From positions 1-34,467 of IMG/VR virus record IMGVR_UViG_3300038674_000488: a stretch of 34,467 nucleotides of DNA; one strand, 5' to 3'. Of this stretch, positions 26,302 to 34,467 are shown one piece after another. The DNA comes from a virus. Taxonomy: Duplodnaviria; Caudoviricetes. Position 1 is the first letter of the stretch. Each line of letters starts with the position of its first letter. The notes under the pieces are model-generated. The model saw only the letters and a program-made list of their open reading frames with translations, ran no database searches and was not told the DNA's origin. Position numbers and translations under genes: made by a program.

Positions 26302-26757
26302 TCAGATAAGATCCTGACTTTTCAGCTCTGCCGCCGCCATATCCCGCAGCTTTTTGCAGATGCGCTGGGCGCTGCGCGGGGAGACGTCAAAGGCTGCCGC
26401 GATGGTTTTCCAGCTGTCTTTCGTTTTCAGCCGCATGGACAGCAGGTCGCGCTCAAACGGTCGTGCGGGAGACAGGGCGCGGCTGACGAGCTGCGAAAAG
26501 AACAGGGTGGTGTACAGCTGATCGGACGTGACGGTCAGGATTTCGCGGTATTTGTCCTTTTCCTCGATGATATGCGCCGCTGCCCCGTCCAGCGTTGGGA
26601 TTTTGCCGGACGTGGCGGGGGCTTCCTGGATTTTGGCGCTGCCAATGGTGATGTACAGGTCTTTGAGCGCCTGTTTGCAGGACGATATGGTCTGTTCGTA
26701 CTGGGCTAAAAGCGTGTCATGATTGGCCCAAAGAAGAAGGATTTCCCCAAGTGTCAA
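26302..26757 (-). CDS. Putative late transcriptional regulator (RinA/ArpU-like, C-terminal HTH)
   Basis: ERDLLSMRLKTKDSWKTIAAAFDVSPRSAQRI is a sigma4-like HTH; last gene of the early operon; start uncertain (TTG 26757 or 26799). Confidence 0.6.
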   Translation of the reverse strand: MTLGEILLLWANHDTLLAQYEQTISSCKQALKDLYITIGSAKIQEAPATSGKIPTLDGAAAHIIEEKDKYREILTVTSDQLYTTLFFSQLVSRALSPARPFERDLLSMRLKTKDSWKTIAAAFDVSPRSAQRICKKLRDMAAAELKSQDLI

Positions 26758-26920
26758 TGGCAGGGTCCTCGCTTTCCGGTAAAAGTTTGGTGATTTCAAA
26801 CGCTTCCAGCTTTTCTTCGCTTTCCTGCAGGTTGCGCAGGATGGACAAAAGCGGGCCTTTGACGGTTTTTGCGTGCGGGACGCCGTATACCGTCCACGTC
26901 ACGCGGTAGGTTTGGGTCAT
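26717..26920 (-). CDS. Small hypothetical protein
   Basis: ATG downstream of GGAGG; closely packed with neighbours. Confidence 0.4.
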   Translation of the reverse strand: MTQTYRVTWTVYGVPHAKTVKGPLLSILRNLQESEEKLEAFEITKLLPESEDPAIDTWGNPSSLGQS

Positions 26921-26924
26921 GGTC

Positions 26925-27143
26925 TCATTCCTCCTTTGGCGGTTCTGGGATAGGCATCCAGTGGGTAACATATAACCCAGATGATGCGTGTTGGAAATGC
27001 GGTTCAGCATCATAAGCGTAATAGTCAAGACATCCGGTAAACATCATTCTGGAGCGCTTTCCGTCCTTTTCAAACCCATATCTACAAATTACTTTTGTAT
27101 CTATTTCCGGCAGCCTGTCCTTTACGCTAATCCATTCAGTCAT
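26925..27143 (-). CDS. DUF551-like phage protein
   Basis: EWISVKDRLPE ... VTHWMPIPEPP signature. Confidence 0.85.
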   Translation of the reverse strand: MTEWISVKDRLPEIDTKVICRYGFEKDGKRSRMMFTGCLDYYAYDAEPHFQHASSGLYVTHWMPIPEPPKEE

Positions 27144-27182
27144 TGCCAATACCGTCCTTTTCATCCCTCCTGTTCCATACGT

Positions 27183-27569
27183 TTACGGCCTGACTTCCAC
27201 GGACGGTAAAATTTCCGTGTGGAAATACATTTTATAATGGTATGGGTCTGTATGTGTGCCTGAAATGTCTTCGACTACATACAATGTGTAATCATTCAGA
27301 TAAATGTAATTTTTCTTGTATTCGCTGGGGCCTGTCTTGAACGTGACAACCAACTCGTCATCCAAGTTGTTGCTCAGGCTCATGTACCCTTCCGCCTCAA
27401 GAATGACCTTGTCGGTTCTGGCGTTGTATACGGTAATGCGTCTTTCACAGCCGAAATAATCTGCCTCTTTGGAGAGATTGGCGTTTACCTTGTCTGCTTC
27501 TGAGCATCCGGATAGAATGACTGATACCAGAACGACGGCAAGGAACAGAATGATATGATTTCTTTTCAT
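27183..27569 (-). CDS. Phage lipoprotein
   Basis: Signal MKRNHIILFLAVVLVSVILSG|C with lipobox; SD GGAGG; more AT-rich than its neighbours. Confidence 0.8.
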   Translation of the reverse strand: MKRNHIILFLAVVLVSVILSGCSEADKVNANLSKEADYFGCERRITVYNARTDKVILEAEGYMSLSNNLDDELVVTFKTGPSEYKKNYIYLNDYTLYVVEDISGTHTDPYHYKMYFHTEILPSVEVRP

Positions 27570-27588
27570 GGTAAACCTCCTGTTGTTT

Positions 27589-27963
27589 TCAGCATTTTTT
27601 CCCGCCGTGCCGGTACGGCCTTGTGCGGTTGTAGGTGATTTTCTTATGCGTGATTGTGTCGATGTCGATACCTTCCTTGGCGCACCAGTCCAGAATGCGG
27701 ATGAGGCAGTCAGCCATTTCAATTGCGATGCCTTCCGGCTTGTCGCGCGGATCCCATTGGGTCATGTCGGGCTGCATGTAGGCTTCCTCGGTTTCGTCAA
27801 AATGCAGGACATAAGACATGGGGCGGCCGTGACGGTATTCTTCCAGCGCTTCGGACAGTTCGCTGTGGCACAGGGCGACGATTTCCGGGAATGGGCGCTC
27901 GTTTTCCCACCATCCGTGGGCAACGGCGATTTCGTGGATCTGTTTGGCAAGTTCATTGAGCAT
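27589..27963 (-). CDS. MazG-like NTP pyrophosphohydrolase
   Basis: HSELSEALEE...EMADCLIRILD...KITYNRTRPYRHG. Confidence 0.8.
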   Translation of the reverse strand: MLNELAKQIHEIAVAHGWWENERPFPEIVALCHSELSEALEEYRHGRPMSYVLHFDETEEAYMQPDMTQWDPRDKPEGIAIEMADCLIRILDWCAKEGIDIDTITHKKITYNRTRPYRHGGKKC

Positions 27964-28183
27964 TTTTGCTCGCCTCCTTTTTTAACAAGTCGATGTACCA
28001 TTGCGCTTTTGCCAGATCTTCCGATCCGTTTTTGTGTTTCCAGCGCCACAGATATTTGATGGCGTTGCCGGTCATGTAACCTTCGAACCCGTTAAGACCG
28101 GTTGTTGCCGCGCGGATGGCGTCGATGCACTCGATGCCGCCCTGCGTGTAGTGTGCCGGGTGGTTGACGTTGTCGCCGCTCAT
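27953..28183 (-). CDS. DUF3310 family protein
   Basis: DNVNHPAHY...IECIDAI...GNAIKYLWRWKHKNGSEDLAKAQWY. Confidence 0.9.
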   Translation of the reverse strand: MSGDNVNHPAHYTQGGIECIDAIRAATTGLNGFEGYMTGNAIKYLWRWKHKNGSEDLAKAQWYIDLLKKEASKNAQ

Positions 28184-28722
28184 CGTTTCTTTCTCCTTTT
28201 TGGCGTCGGTTTTGGCTTTTGCGGCACCTTTCGTGCAAGCTCGGCCTGCGCAAGGGCGAACACGCAGGGACGGTCGAGCGATTCGTTGCCCAGCATAATC
28301 GGCATGGCGTCCAGCGTTTTGCGCAGGGGGCAGGTGCGCATTTCGTGCAGGTTATCGGCGTGCATGCAAAATTCGCACTTGCTTGTGAGCGCCGTCTCCA
28401 CCAGCCGCATCAGGTCGTCCGCGCGCACCTCGTATAAGGCGTGGCCGTTATCCGCGCCCGCGACGCTGGACGGGACAAGGCGCAGGGATTTTCCGCGCGT
28501 TCCGGCTTCCAGCAGGGCCAGATGGTCGGGGTCTACGCCTTTGAGGGATTGGACAAGGGCGTTTTCAATCTGTTTGGCGGCGGCGTTAAAAAGGCCTTTT
28601 CTGCCGGCCTGCGACAGCCTGTCCTGAATATGGCGGGCTTCCTGTTTGAGCACCACGGCCATGACCAGCAGCGTGCGGTAGGCGTCGCGCTCATCGGCGG
28701 TAAGCAGGGGACGGTTGGTCAT
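28180..28722 (-). CDS. Hypothetical protein with Cys cluster
   Basis: Coupled ORF; CEFC...CPL...C. Confidence 0.6.
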   Translation of the reverse strand: MTNRPLLTADERDAYRTLLVMAVVLKQEARHIQDRLSQAGRKGLFNAAAKQIENALVQSLKGVDPDHLALLEAGTRGKSLRLVPSSVAGADNGHALYEVRADDLMRLVETALTSKCEFCMHADNLHEMRTCPLRKTLDAMPIMLGNESLDRPCVFALAQAELARKVPQKPKPTPKRRKKR

Positions 28723-29225
28723 GGGTTCCCGCCTCCCGCCATGGACAAAATGCGGGTTAAATCTTGTGCGACATGGCGCAGGGCGGCGGGATCCTGCACA
28801 TCGATCTGGACTTTCAAAAGCGGATGATCGCAGCGGATTTTGATGGTTTTTGACCGGGTGTGCATCAGAACCGTCAGGTCGGGCTCTTCGTCCGCTGTTT
28901 CGGGTTTTTCAGGCGCAGCGGTCTTTTGCTCCGGCTTTCGGACCGGGGGATTGGCGATGACTTCGGCAGCGTCCGCGTCCAGCTCGGCAAGGGCTTCCTG
29001 CTCGCGGCGGGATTCCATGTCGGACGCGGCGTTGTCCGGCGCTTCTCCGTACTGCGTTTTCGCGTGACGGTAGATGATATTGGCAATGGTTTTGTAATCG
29101 GCGTTGTATAATGCGCCAAGCCGCTTTTGAATCTCGGTTGCGCCGACGCCGTTTTTGTACAGCATGACAACTTTTTCGATCAGTTCCAGCTGCTGTTCTC
29201 TGGATCGCATATTGGATACGCCCAT
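28719..29225 (-). CDS. Hypothetical protein, possible N-terminal HTH
   Basis: SD AAGGA; coupled to the downstream gene. Confidence 0.55.
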   Translation of the reverse strand: MGVSNMRSREQQLELIEKVVMLYKNGVGATEIQKRLGALYNADYKTIANIIYRHAKTQYGEAPDNAASDMESRREQEALAELDADAAEVIANPPVRKPEQKTAAPEKPETADEEPDLTVLMHTRSKTIKIRCDHPLLKVQIDVQDPAALRHVAQDLTRILSMAGGGNP

Positions 29226-29349
29226 GATGATCGTTCCTTTCCTGTAATCGCATGGTTGGGTTTGCGGAGGCTGCGCACAAAGCTGTTCATAGATGAAATC
29301 CTTTGTGCGTTTTATTTTTTTTCTGGCTTCCCTGTTGCGGTATACCGGC

Positions 29350-29706
29350 TCATGGCCCGCCTCCCATCTGCATGCGCGCCATGTACTGGCCGTAGGTGAG
29401 GTGCTGCGCGCGGGCTAAAGCGGCGACGGCAGACAGGGACGGGGGGCGTTTGGAGCGGCTGCGTTTTGGCGGCGTACAGGCGTCGCACAGGGTTTGGCCG
29501 TATTTGGGGTGCCAGATGGGTTTGGCGCACCTTGGGCAAAATAGCGGCATGGGCTTTGGGCCTGGTTTCTTTGGGACGCCAGAGGCTTTTGCTTTGGCGC
29601 TGGCGTATTTTGCGGCGTTGCGGCATTTGTCGCAGCAGTATTTTTTCGTGGATTTGGCGGTCAGAAAGACTTTTTTACAGGTGGGGCAGGTTTTTTCGGC
29701 GGTCAT
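29350..29706 (-). CDS. Zinc-finger protein
   Basis: CPTC...YCCDKC and CPRC...CDAC; C-terminal LTYGQY motif. Confidence 0.65.
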   Translation of the reverse strand: MTAEKTCPTCKKVFLTAKSTKKYCCDKCRNAAKYASAKAKASGVPKKPGPKPMPLFCPRCAKPIWHPKYGQTLCDACTPPKRSRSKRPPSLSAVAALARAQHLTYGQYMARMQMGGGP

Positions 29707-30185
29707 GGGATTGTGCCTTCTTTCTTTTGCTGGACAAGGCCGTCCAGGTACTGGTTCGGGGTTTCATCAAGGACGCGCAGGCAGAGCGTCAGACCGGGGG
29801 AAAGGCCGTAGCATTTCATGCATTTTACAGCACAGACGCAGTTGTCGTCAGTGTATGCGACGCCGTTTAAGGCGTCCTGCACAAGCTTGAGCAGGTTGTC
29901 CGCATCGGGCTTGACGGTGTGCCACTGGCCCTGCGCTCCGATGAGGGCGAGGCGCTTTTTGCTTGCGCCTTTCTGGACGGGCATCCAGGCGATCACGGAC
30001 AGTTCCAGCGGCCCGGACAGCGGGGGCAGCGCGGGGTATTGCGCCTGCCAGGCGCGGGCAAGGGCGGTTTCGGCTTTCCGGGTGGCAGCGGGGGTATAGG
30101 CCTGGACAAAGGCGCCTGCCGCGCGGAATTTGGGGCGGCCCTTCGGGACGGGCTGCCCGGGAATCCAGAGGCTGTAGACGGTCAC
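29703..30185 (-). CDS. rusA: RusA-family Holliday junction resolvase
   Basis: IPGQPVPKGRPKF...YTP...KPDADNLLKLVQDALNGVAYTDDN; GTG start at 30185. Confidence 0.9.
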   Translation of the reverse strand: MTVYSLWIPGQPVPKGRPKFRAAGAFVQAYTPAATRKAETALARAWQAQYPALPPLSGPLELSVIAWMPVQKGASKKRLALIGAQGQWHTVKPDADNLLKLVQDALNGVAYTDDNCVCAVKCMKCYGLSPGLTLCLRVLDETPNQYLDGLVQQKKEGTIP

Positions 30186-30457
30186 GGGTGCGCCACCTGC
30201 CTTTGGCTGTACTGGGCGTCGTCCCAGTCCGACCATTGCCACAGTTCCAGCGATGCGCCGAAGGCCGGATCCGGGTCGGGGGGCGTGGGCGCGCCCTGGC
30301 ACAGCTGGTAGCCCAGGCCTCTTTGGGGTTCGCCGCCTGCGGTGCAGGGGCAGAAGAACAGGGTTTCGCCCTGCACCAGCGCGACCAGCCCTCTTGCGCC
30401 GGCGTTTTTGTTGTGGCGCTTGGCGGCGTCAATGGCTAAAAGGCGTTGCTCACTCAT
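30182..30457 (-). CDS. Hypothetical protein
   Basis: ATG after GGAGG; coupled to its neighbours. Confidence 0.5.
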   Translation of the reverse strand: MSEQRLLAIDAAKRHNKNAGARGLVALVQGETLFFCPCTAGGEPQRGLGYQLCQGAPTPPDPDPAFGASLELWQWSDWDDAQYSQRQVAHP

Positions 30458-30980
30458 GCAAAAGACCTCCTTGTGCGCTGTGGGCTTCAAAAAGGGCGTT
30501 TCTGACGCTTTGCGGAAGCTGGTCGACAAATTCATACTGCGCGGTCGCATCGCGATAGGAACGGGCAAATTGCGCCTGTGCGTAGGAATCGTCCATCGCC
30601 CACTGGCGCAGGACAGCGGCAGAGCCGACTGCGCGCCGGACGGGCGGCGGCAGGGCGTCAAAGCGCTGGGGTGCGTGGTAGAGGGCGTCGCGCATGGCGG
30701 ATTTGACCAGCGCCCATGCTTCGGCCTCGGTCATGCGCGTCGGGTTGGACAGCCTGCGCAGCTGGGCCTGTACCTGGCCGATGGTGGGCGGGTAGCCTTT
30801 TTCGTCCGACGCGATCAGGGCTTTGACCGCCGCAGCGCACAGGGGATAGGGGTCGTCCGAAAAGAAGTCCTGCCAGAGCGCCAGCACGCTTTCCATGTCG
30901 GATCGGGACATGTCGCGGTAAAAGGCGGGATAGGCGGCCTTTAAGACGGACAGCAGCCTTGCGGTTTCCTGACGGGTCAA
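30450..30980 (-). CDS. Replicative helicase loader/inhibitor (G39P-like)
   Basis: TRQETARLLSVLKAAYP...LW...YPPTIGQ; follows the initiator gene. Confidence 0.8.
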   Translation of the reverse strand: MTRQETARLLSVLKAAYPAFYRDMSRSDMESVLALWQDFFSDDPYPLCAAAVKALIASDEKGYPPTIGQVQAQLRRLSNPTRMTEAEAWALVKSAMRDALYHAPQRFDALPPPVRRAVGSAAVLRQWAMDDSYAQAQFARSYRDATAQYEFVDQLPQSVRNALFEAHSAQGGLLHE

Positions 30981-31987
30981 AACGGGTCGCCTCCTTCGTG
31001 GGCTTTGACGTAATCGTAAAACGGGTTGAAGGACGGTTTGTCGTCTTTTTGCGGCGCCTGCATGCGGGGTTCGTCCTGAAAACGCGCCTGGTTGAGCCAG
31101 GTGGCGGGGTTGGGGATGTACTGTCCGCCGTCCTTTGTCCAGTCGCAGGAGGCTTTGTGCAGGGCAAGCGAGACCATGACAAGCTGGCGCTGCTGGTCGG
31201 TGAAGCGTTGTTTGCACCATGCGGCATAGGCTGCGCCCTTGCCGGTCTTTTTGGGGTACTGCGCCCAGAACTGCTCAAAATCGTCCGGGTAGTCCCACCT
31301 GGCGCCTTTCACATGCGCCTGCGCGCCCGGTGTACACGATTCTTCTCTTTCTCCTTTGGGGGGATTATAGGGGGGATAGAATACGGGGGGTGTGGGGGGA
31401 GAAGGGAAGGGGGGATCAAAGGGGGCGATTTCCTCTTTCTCTTCTTGTGACTTTTTTTGCGGTGTGTTTGACATTTCTTGCGGTTGCTCCTGCGGAGTTT
31501 CTCCGGGTTTGTTTTTTGGGTGCACGAAACAAGCCTGTTGCGCGGAATCGTTTTTAGGCGTCTCGCTGCTGTCAACTGGTATACAGATGCTATTTGGAGC
31601 CTTGCCGGCGTCTGCCGGTTCCGGAGTGATCGGCCATACAAGCTGTTCTTGCTGATTGCCTTTCTGCACCGGCAGCCATGGAGACGACCCGCACGCGTTG
31701 CGGATAATGCCCATGGTCACCTGGTCTGTAAGGTAAAGGAACGATTCGCCTTCTTGGCGGATAATGCCAGTCCTCGCCAGCTGAGAAATGCTGTCAACAA
31801 TCTGCTTTACGGTGATCCCGTCCCGGCATGGGAAGCAGAGGTTCCGAATTGTTTTGGGGTTGGCAGGCAACCGGCCAAAGTCGTCTGCCGTTGCAATCAG
31901 GTGGATCCATAGCCTGAATTGGAAGTCGGTCAGGGCGTTTACGCTTCTGCTTGTAATAATGGATTCTTTCAGGATTCGGTTCGGCAT
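30977..31987 (-). CDS. Phage replication initiator / replisome organiser
   Basis: MPNRILKESI...ADDFGR N-terminus; C-terminal FEQFWAQYPKK...YIPNPATWLNQARF. Confidence 0.85.
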   Translation of the reverse strand: MPNRILKESIITSRSVNALTDFQFRLWIHLIATADDFGRLPANPKTIRNLCFPCRDGITVKQIVDSISQLARTGIIRQEGESFLYLTDQVTMGIIRNACGSSPWLPVQKGNQQEQLVWPITPEPADAGKAPNSICIPVDSSETPKNDSAQQACFVHPKNKPGETPQEQPQEMSNTPQKKSQEEKEEIAPFDPPFPSPPTPPVFYPPYNPPKGEREESCTPGAQAHVKGARWDYPDDFEQFWAQYPKKTGKGAAYAAWCKQRFTDQQRQLVMVSLALHKASCDWTKDGGQYIPNPATWLNQARFQDEPRMQAPQKDDKPSFNPFYDYVKAHEGGDPF

Positions 31988-32002
31988 GGCCGCTCACCGT
32001 CC

Positions 32003-32395
32003 TTAAAACGGCAGCGGTTCGTCTGAAGCATCCTGCGCGCCGCCAGTGAGGGTGTTTGCGGGCGGGGCGGCATTTGGGACGGCTGCGGCGCCTGCGGCGG
32101 CGCTTGCAGAGGCGATCGACACAAATTCGACCAGATAGTCGGTGTAGATTTTGCCGCCCGATTCATTGACACTTTTTCTTGCAACGGCAAAGCACGCGTC
32201 GCCTTTGCTGGCGGCGGCCATGACCATGGCAAGGTCATAAAAGCCTTTGAGGTTGCAAAGGGGTGCGTCCCGGCCCTGCGCCGACACGGCGAAGGTACAC
32301 ACCGGGGTTTCTTTCTGGGGGGTGAGGGTGTACCGGGGTTCGGTGCGGATGGGGCCGGCAATCATGAAATGATTACTCTTGGTTTCTATCAGCAT
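32003..32395 (-). CDS. Single-stranded DNA-binding protein-like
   Basis: OB-fold-like N-terminus, flexible linker and acidic C-terminal DEPLPF tail. Confidence 0.65.
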   Translation of the reverse strand: MLIETKSNHFMIAGPIRTEPRYTLTPQKETPVCTFAVSAQGRDAPLCNLKGFYDLAMVMAAASKGDACFAVARKSVNESGGKIYTDYLVEFVSIASASAAAGAAAVPNAAPPANTLTGGAQDASDEPLPF

Positions 32396-33137
32396 GGGCG
32401 GGATACTCCTTTCCGTTTCGCAGCGCGTCACAGACGGCGTCGTAGTCTTTCTGGGTGATATCCTTTGTGGAGGCAAAGCCAAACGTGTTGAGGCGCTTTT
32501 TTGCGGCTTCTTTGCCGATCCCGGCATCGGCGCAGATGGCGAAGATCCGGGAGATCTGCCTGCGGGTGATGGGGTCGTCATCGCCCAATTTTACGATATC
32601 GTCCGATTTGGCCATAAAAGCTTCGTCCTCCATGTCCTGGGTAAAGCAGCCGGAAAGGCCGGTCATGGATAAAACGGCGTCGACCATGGCGCGCTTTTTG
32701 GCGATTTTCAGCTTTGTGTTCGCCACGTCAAAGGCGGAGGCAAAGCCGGTGTTTTTTTCGTTGGTATTGGCGCTGCCGTAGCCCTCGGCGATGGTCATAT
32801 CGCGGTCAAGGGCGGGGACAAATTTGATCAGGCGGCAGCGGAAAATATAGGAAAAGTACGCGGTATCTTTGCCCCGTTCGCTGATCTGGTCGATCAGGTC
32901 ATAGACGGCCCGGACGCCGTAGTCGATCATCAGCTTTTCAGCGCCCGCCTTATAGAGGATCGGGGTTTTGAGCGCGGGCTTTTCGGAGCCGTCCTTGCTG
33001 CGGATTTTCGGGACGCCGAAATGGGTGTCGCGCTTGAGTTGAACAGCGTTGCCGTTTGGGGCGGTGAAGAAGTAGTCGCCGCGTTTGGGTTCGATCTTGC
33101 CGCCGGTGTGCAGGATGATTTCGGTGTTATTTTGCAT
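32373..33137 (-). CDS. Putative single-strand annealing protein/recombinase
   Basis: PILYKAGAEKL...GSAN...NTKLKIAKKRAMVDA...FTQDMED; lies between the exonuclease and SSB. Confidence 0.6.
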   Translation of the reverse strand: MQNNTEIILHTGGKIEPKRGDYFFTAPNGNAVQLKRDTHFGVPKIRSKDGSEKPALKTPILYKAGAEKLMIDYGVRAVYDLIDQISERGKDTAYFSYIFRCRLIKFVPALDRDMTIAEGYGSANTNEKNTGFASAFDVANTKLKIAKKRAMVDAVLSMTGLSGCFTQDMEDEAFMAKSDDIVKLGDDDPITRRQISRIFAICADAGIGKEAAKKRLNTFGFASTKDITQKDYDAVCDALRNGKEYPAHADRNQE

Positions 33138-33756
33138 GGTTGACTTCCTCCCGGAGTTGGTTGAGCATCCAGCAGTGGTGGAACAGCTGGTTTCCTTTTT
33201 CGTGGGCGCGGTAAAGGCGGTAGCCGCCGGTGCTTTTCAGCTGCAGGGCGTAGCGGCGCACCTCCTTTTCCGGGTCGCGCAGCAGGGGGGTGATGCAGCC
33301 GGGGTCGGTTAAGATGGCGTGATACCCGGCCAGCTGCGCCGAGACGTAATCCTTGTCGAGGCTGGCGGTGGACTTGATGTCCACGATGGCATATTTGCCG
33401 TCCATGAAACCGAAGCGGTCGAGCGTGCCGGCGGCCTGAAGCTCGGTGTTGGCGATGCGGTGTTCGACGGCAAGCCACTGGGGGCCATAGTCGCGCAGGA
33501 ACGCGGCGTAGGCGGTCAGATAGCCGGAGATTTGGGGCGGGTAGTCAAAGGGGATATCGCTGTCCATGTACTGGGTATACAGGTGGACGGCGGTTCCCCG
33601 GGCGGCTGCGGCGTCCCGGATGTACGGGCTGCCGGCGGCGGCCTTGTCGTAGGACAAAAACCGGATGATCTGGGTGACGGAGGGATAGACCGTGCCGGAG
33701 ACGGTGTAGGTATGGGTTTTGGGATCAAATGCGACGGGGAAGGCGGTATTTGCCAC
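33127..33756 (-). CDS. PD-(D/E)XK (Cas4/RecB-like) exonuclease
   Basis: YPSVTQI, RGTAVH, AGTLDR, IVDIKS and QLAGY motifs. Confidence 0.85.
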   Translation of the reverse strand: MANTAFPVAFDPKTHTYTVSGTVYPSVTQIIRFLSYDKAAAGSPYIRDAAAARGTAVHLYTQYMDSDIPFDYPPQISGYLTAYAAFLRDYGPQWLAVEHRIANTELQAAGTLDRFGFMDGKYAIVDIKSTASLDKDYVSAQLAGYHAILTDPGCITPLLRDPEKEVRRYALQLKSTGGYRLYRAHEKGNQLFHHCWMLNQLREEVNHAK

Positions 33757-33931
33757 GGTGGCACCTTCTTTCTTTTCGGATGGAGAGCAGCGCGCCGCAG
33801 AGTACCAGCAAAAGGCCGTACAGGCACTGGGTCAGGGCGGGCAGGTCCAGGGCGTACAGGTCGGCCTGACCTGCGCCGGAGAGCATCAGCAGGATGCCCA
33901 GCAGGTAGGCGGGGAAGATCAGCTTGTCCAT
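33725..33931 (-). CDS. Small two-TM membrane protein
   Basis: MDKLIFPAYLLGILLMLSGAG...LYGLLLVLCGALLSI. Confidence 0.5.
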   Translation of the reverse strand: MDKLIFPAYLLGILLMLSGAGQADLYALDLPALTQCLYGLLLVLCGALLSIRKERRCHRGKYRLPRRI

Positions 33932-33932
33932 G

Positions 33933-34466
33933 TCAGCGCGCCCTTTCTTTTTCCAGCATGGCGGGCAATGCGGCTTTGGCATATTCGCATGCGGCCAGAT
34001 ACTGCGTTTCATACACCGTGCCGCCGTGTACGGATTTGACGCGGGTGATAAACTCGTCCATGTCCGAAAACCAGCAGCCCGCACGGACGAAGAACTTGCC
34101 GGTTTCATCCGCATAAAAATAGGCCGTACGGTTTGCGCTTCCGATATTGCCGCAGGTGAGGTATACGCCGTTTTTTACGCGCCCGGATTCAAACGAAATG
34201 TTTTTGCCCAGCTTGCAGTCGTTGCCCAGCGTGCATCGGTCGCCCAGCTTGCAGAAGATGCCCAGCTCGCAGTCGTCGCCCAGCTCGCAGTCGTCGCCCA
34301 GCTTGCAGAAGACGCCCAGCTCGCAGTCGTCGCCCAGCTCGCAGTCGTCGCCCAGCGTGCAGAAGTTGCCCAGCTTGCAGCCGTGGCCCAGCTTGCAGCA
34401 GGCGCCCAGCGTGCAGTAGTCGCCCAGCTTGCAGCCGTTGCCCAGCGTGCAGTAGTCGCCCAGTTC
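33933..34466 (-). CDS. Hexapeptide-repeat (left-handed beta-helix) protein, 5' end outside the window
   Basis: Hand translation: 14 x LG-x-x-C-[KTE], then ...GNIGSANRTAYFY...VRAGCWFSDMDEFITRVKSVHGGTVYETQY...KERAR*. Not in the ORF track because the start is not in the window. Confidence 0.8.
   Translation of the reverse strand, partial: ELGDYCTLGNGCKLGDYCTLGACCKLGHGCKLGNFCTLGDDCELGDDCELGVFCKLGDDCELGDDCELGIFCKLGDRCTLGNDCKLGKNISFESGRVKNGVYLTCGNIGSANRTAYFYADETGKFFVRAGCWFSDMDEFITRVKSVHGGTVYETQYLAACEYAKAALPAMLEKERAR
34212..34463 (-). repeat. 18-bp tandem coding repeat, 14 complete units
   Basis: CTGGGC-NNC-NNC-TGC-(AAG/ACG/GAG). Confidence 0.9.
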
Positions 34467-34467
34467 G

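Noticed and set aside
33127-33756. Cas4-like nuclease as evidence of CRISPR-Cas
   Set aside because: It sits in a standard exonuclease-SSAP-SSB recombination module.
34147-34419. Plus-strand Ser/Pro/Gln repeat ORF
   Set aside because: It is the antisense of the hexapeptide-repeat gene; all neighbouring genes are on the minus strand.

Overview
The window is most of the genome of a temperate, podovirus-like phage, probably infecting a Firmicutes/Clostridia host (inferred from gene families and sigma-A/SD signals). It appears to be in the excised or circular state, because an intact attP (a tRNA 3'-end core flanked by integrase arm-type repeats) has phage genes on both sides. Left to right: CI-like repressor, RelE-type toxin with a HicB-like RHH antitoxin, tyrosine integrase, attP, and an unannotated type I toxin/antisense RNA cassette. 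The + strand late operon follows: terminase, a portal split by a group I intron carrying an HNH endonuclease, tail proteins, lysis genes, scaffold, capsid, and ejection proteins including a 2578-aa polyvalent protein. This operon converges on a - strand early operon (recombination, replication, RusA, MazG-like, late regulator). The most unusual signal is a family of five modular palindromic elements at late-gene junctions. Their stems covary around conserved loops, and each ends in the invariant 14-mer CGACTGAAAGGAGC, which supplies the ribosome-binding site of the next virion gene. Other notable items are a candidate structured RNA embedded in-frame directly after the PBECR-like nuclease domain, a 37-aa N-terminal tag shared by two ejection proteins, and a hexapeptide repeat array that varies almost only at adenine positions of a putative ancestral unit. 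All calls are by eye; no database searches were run.
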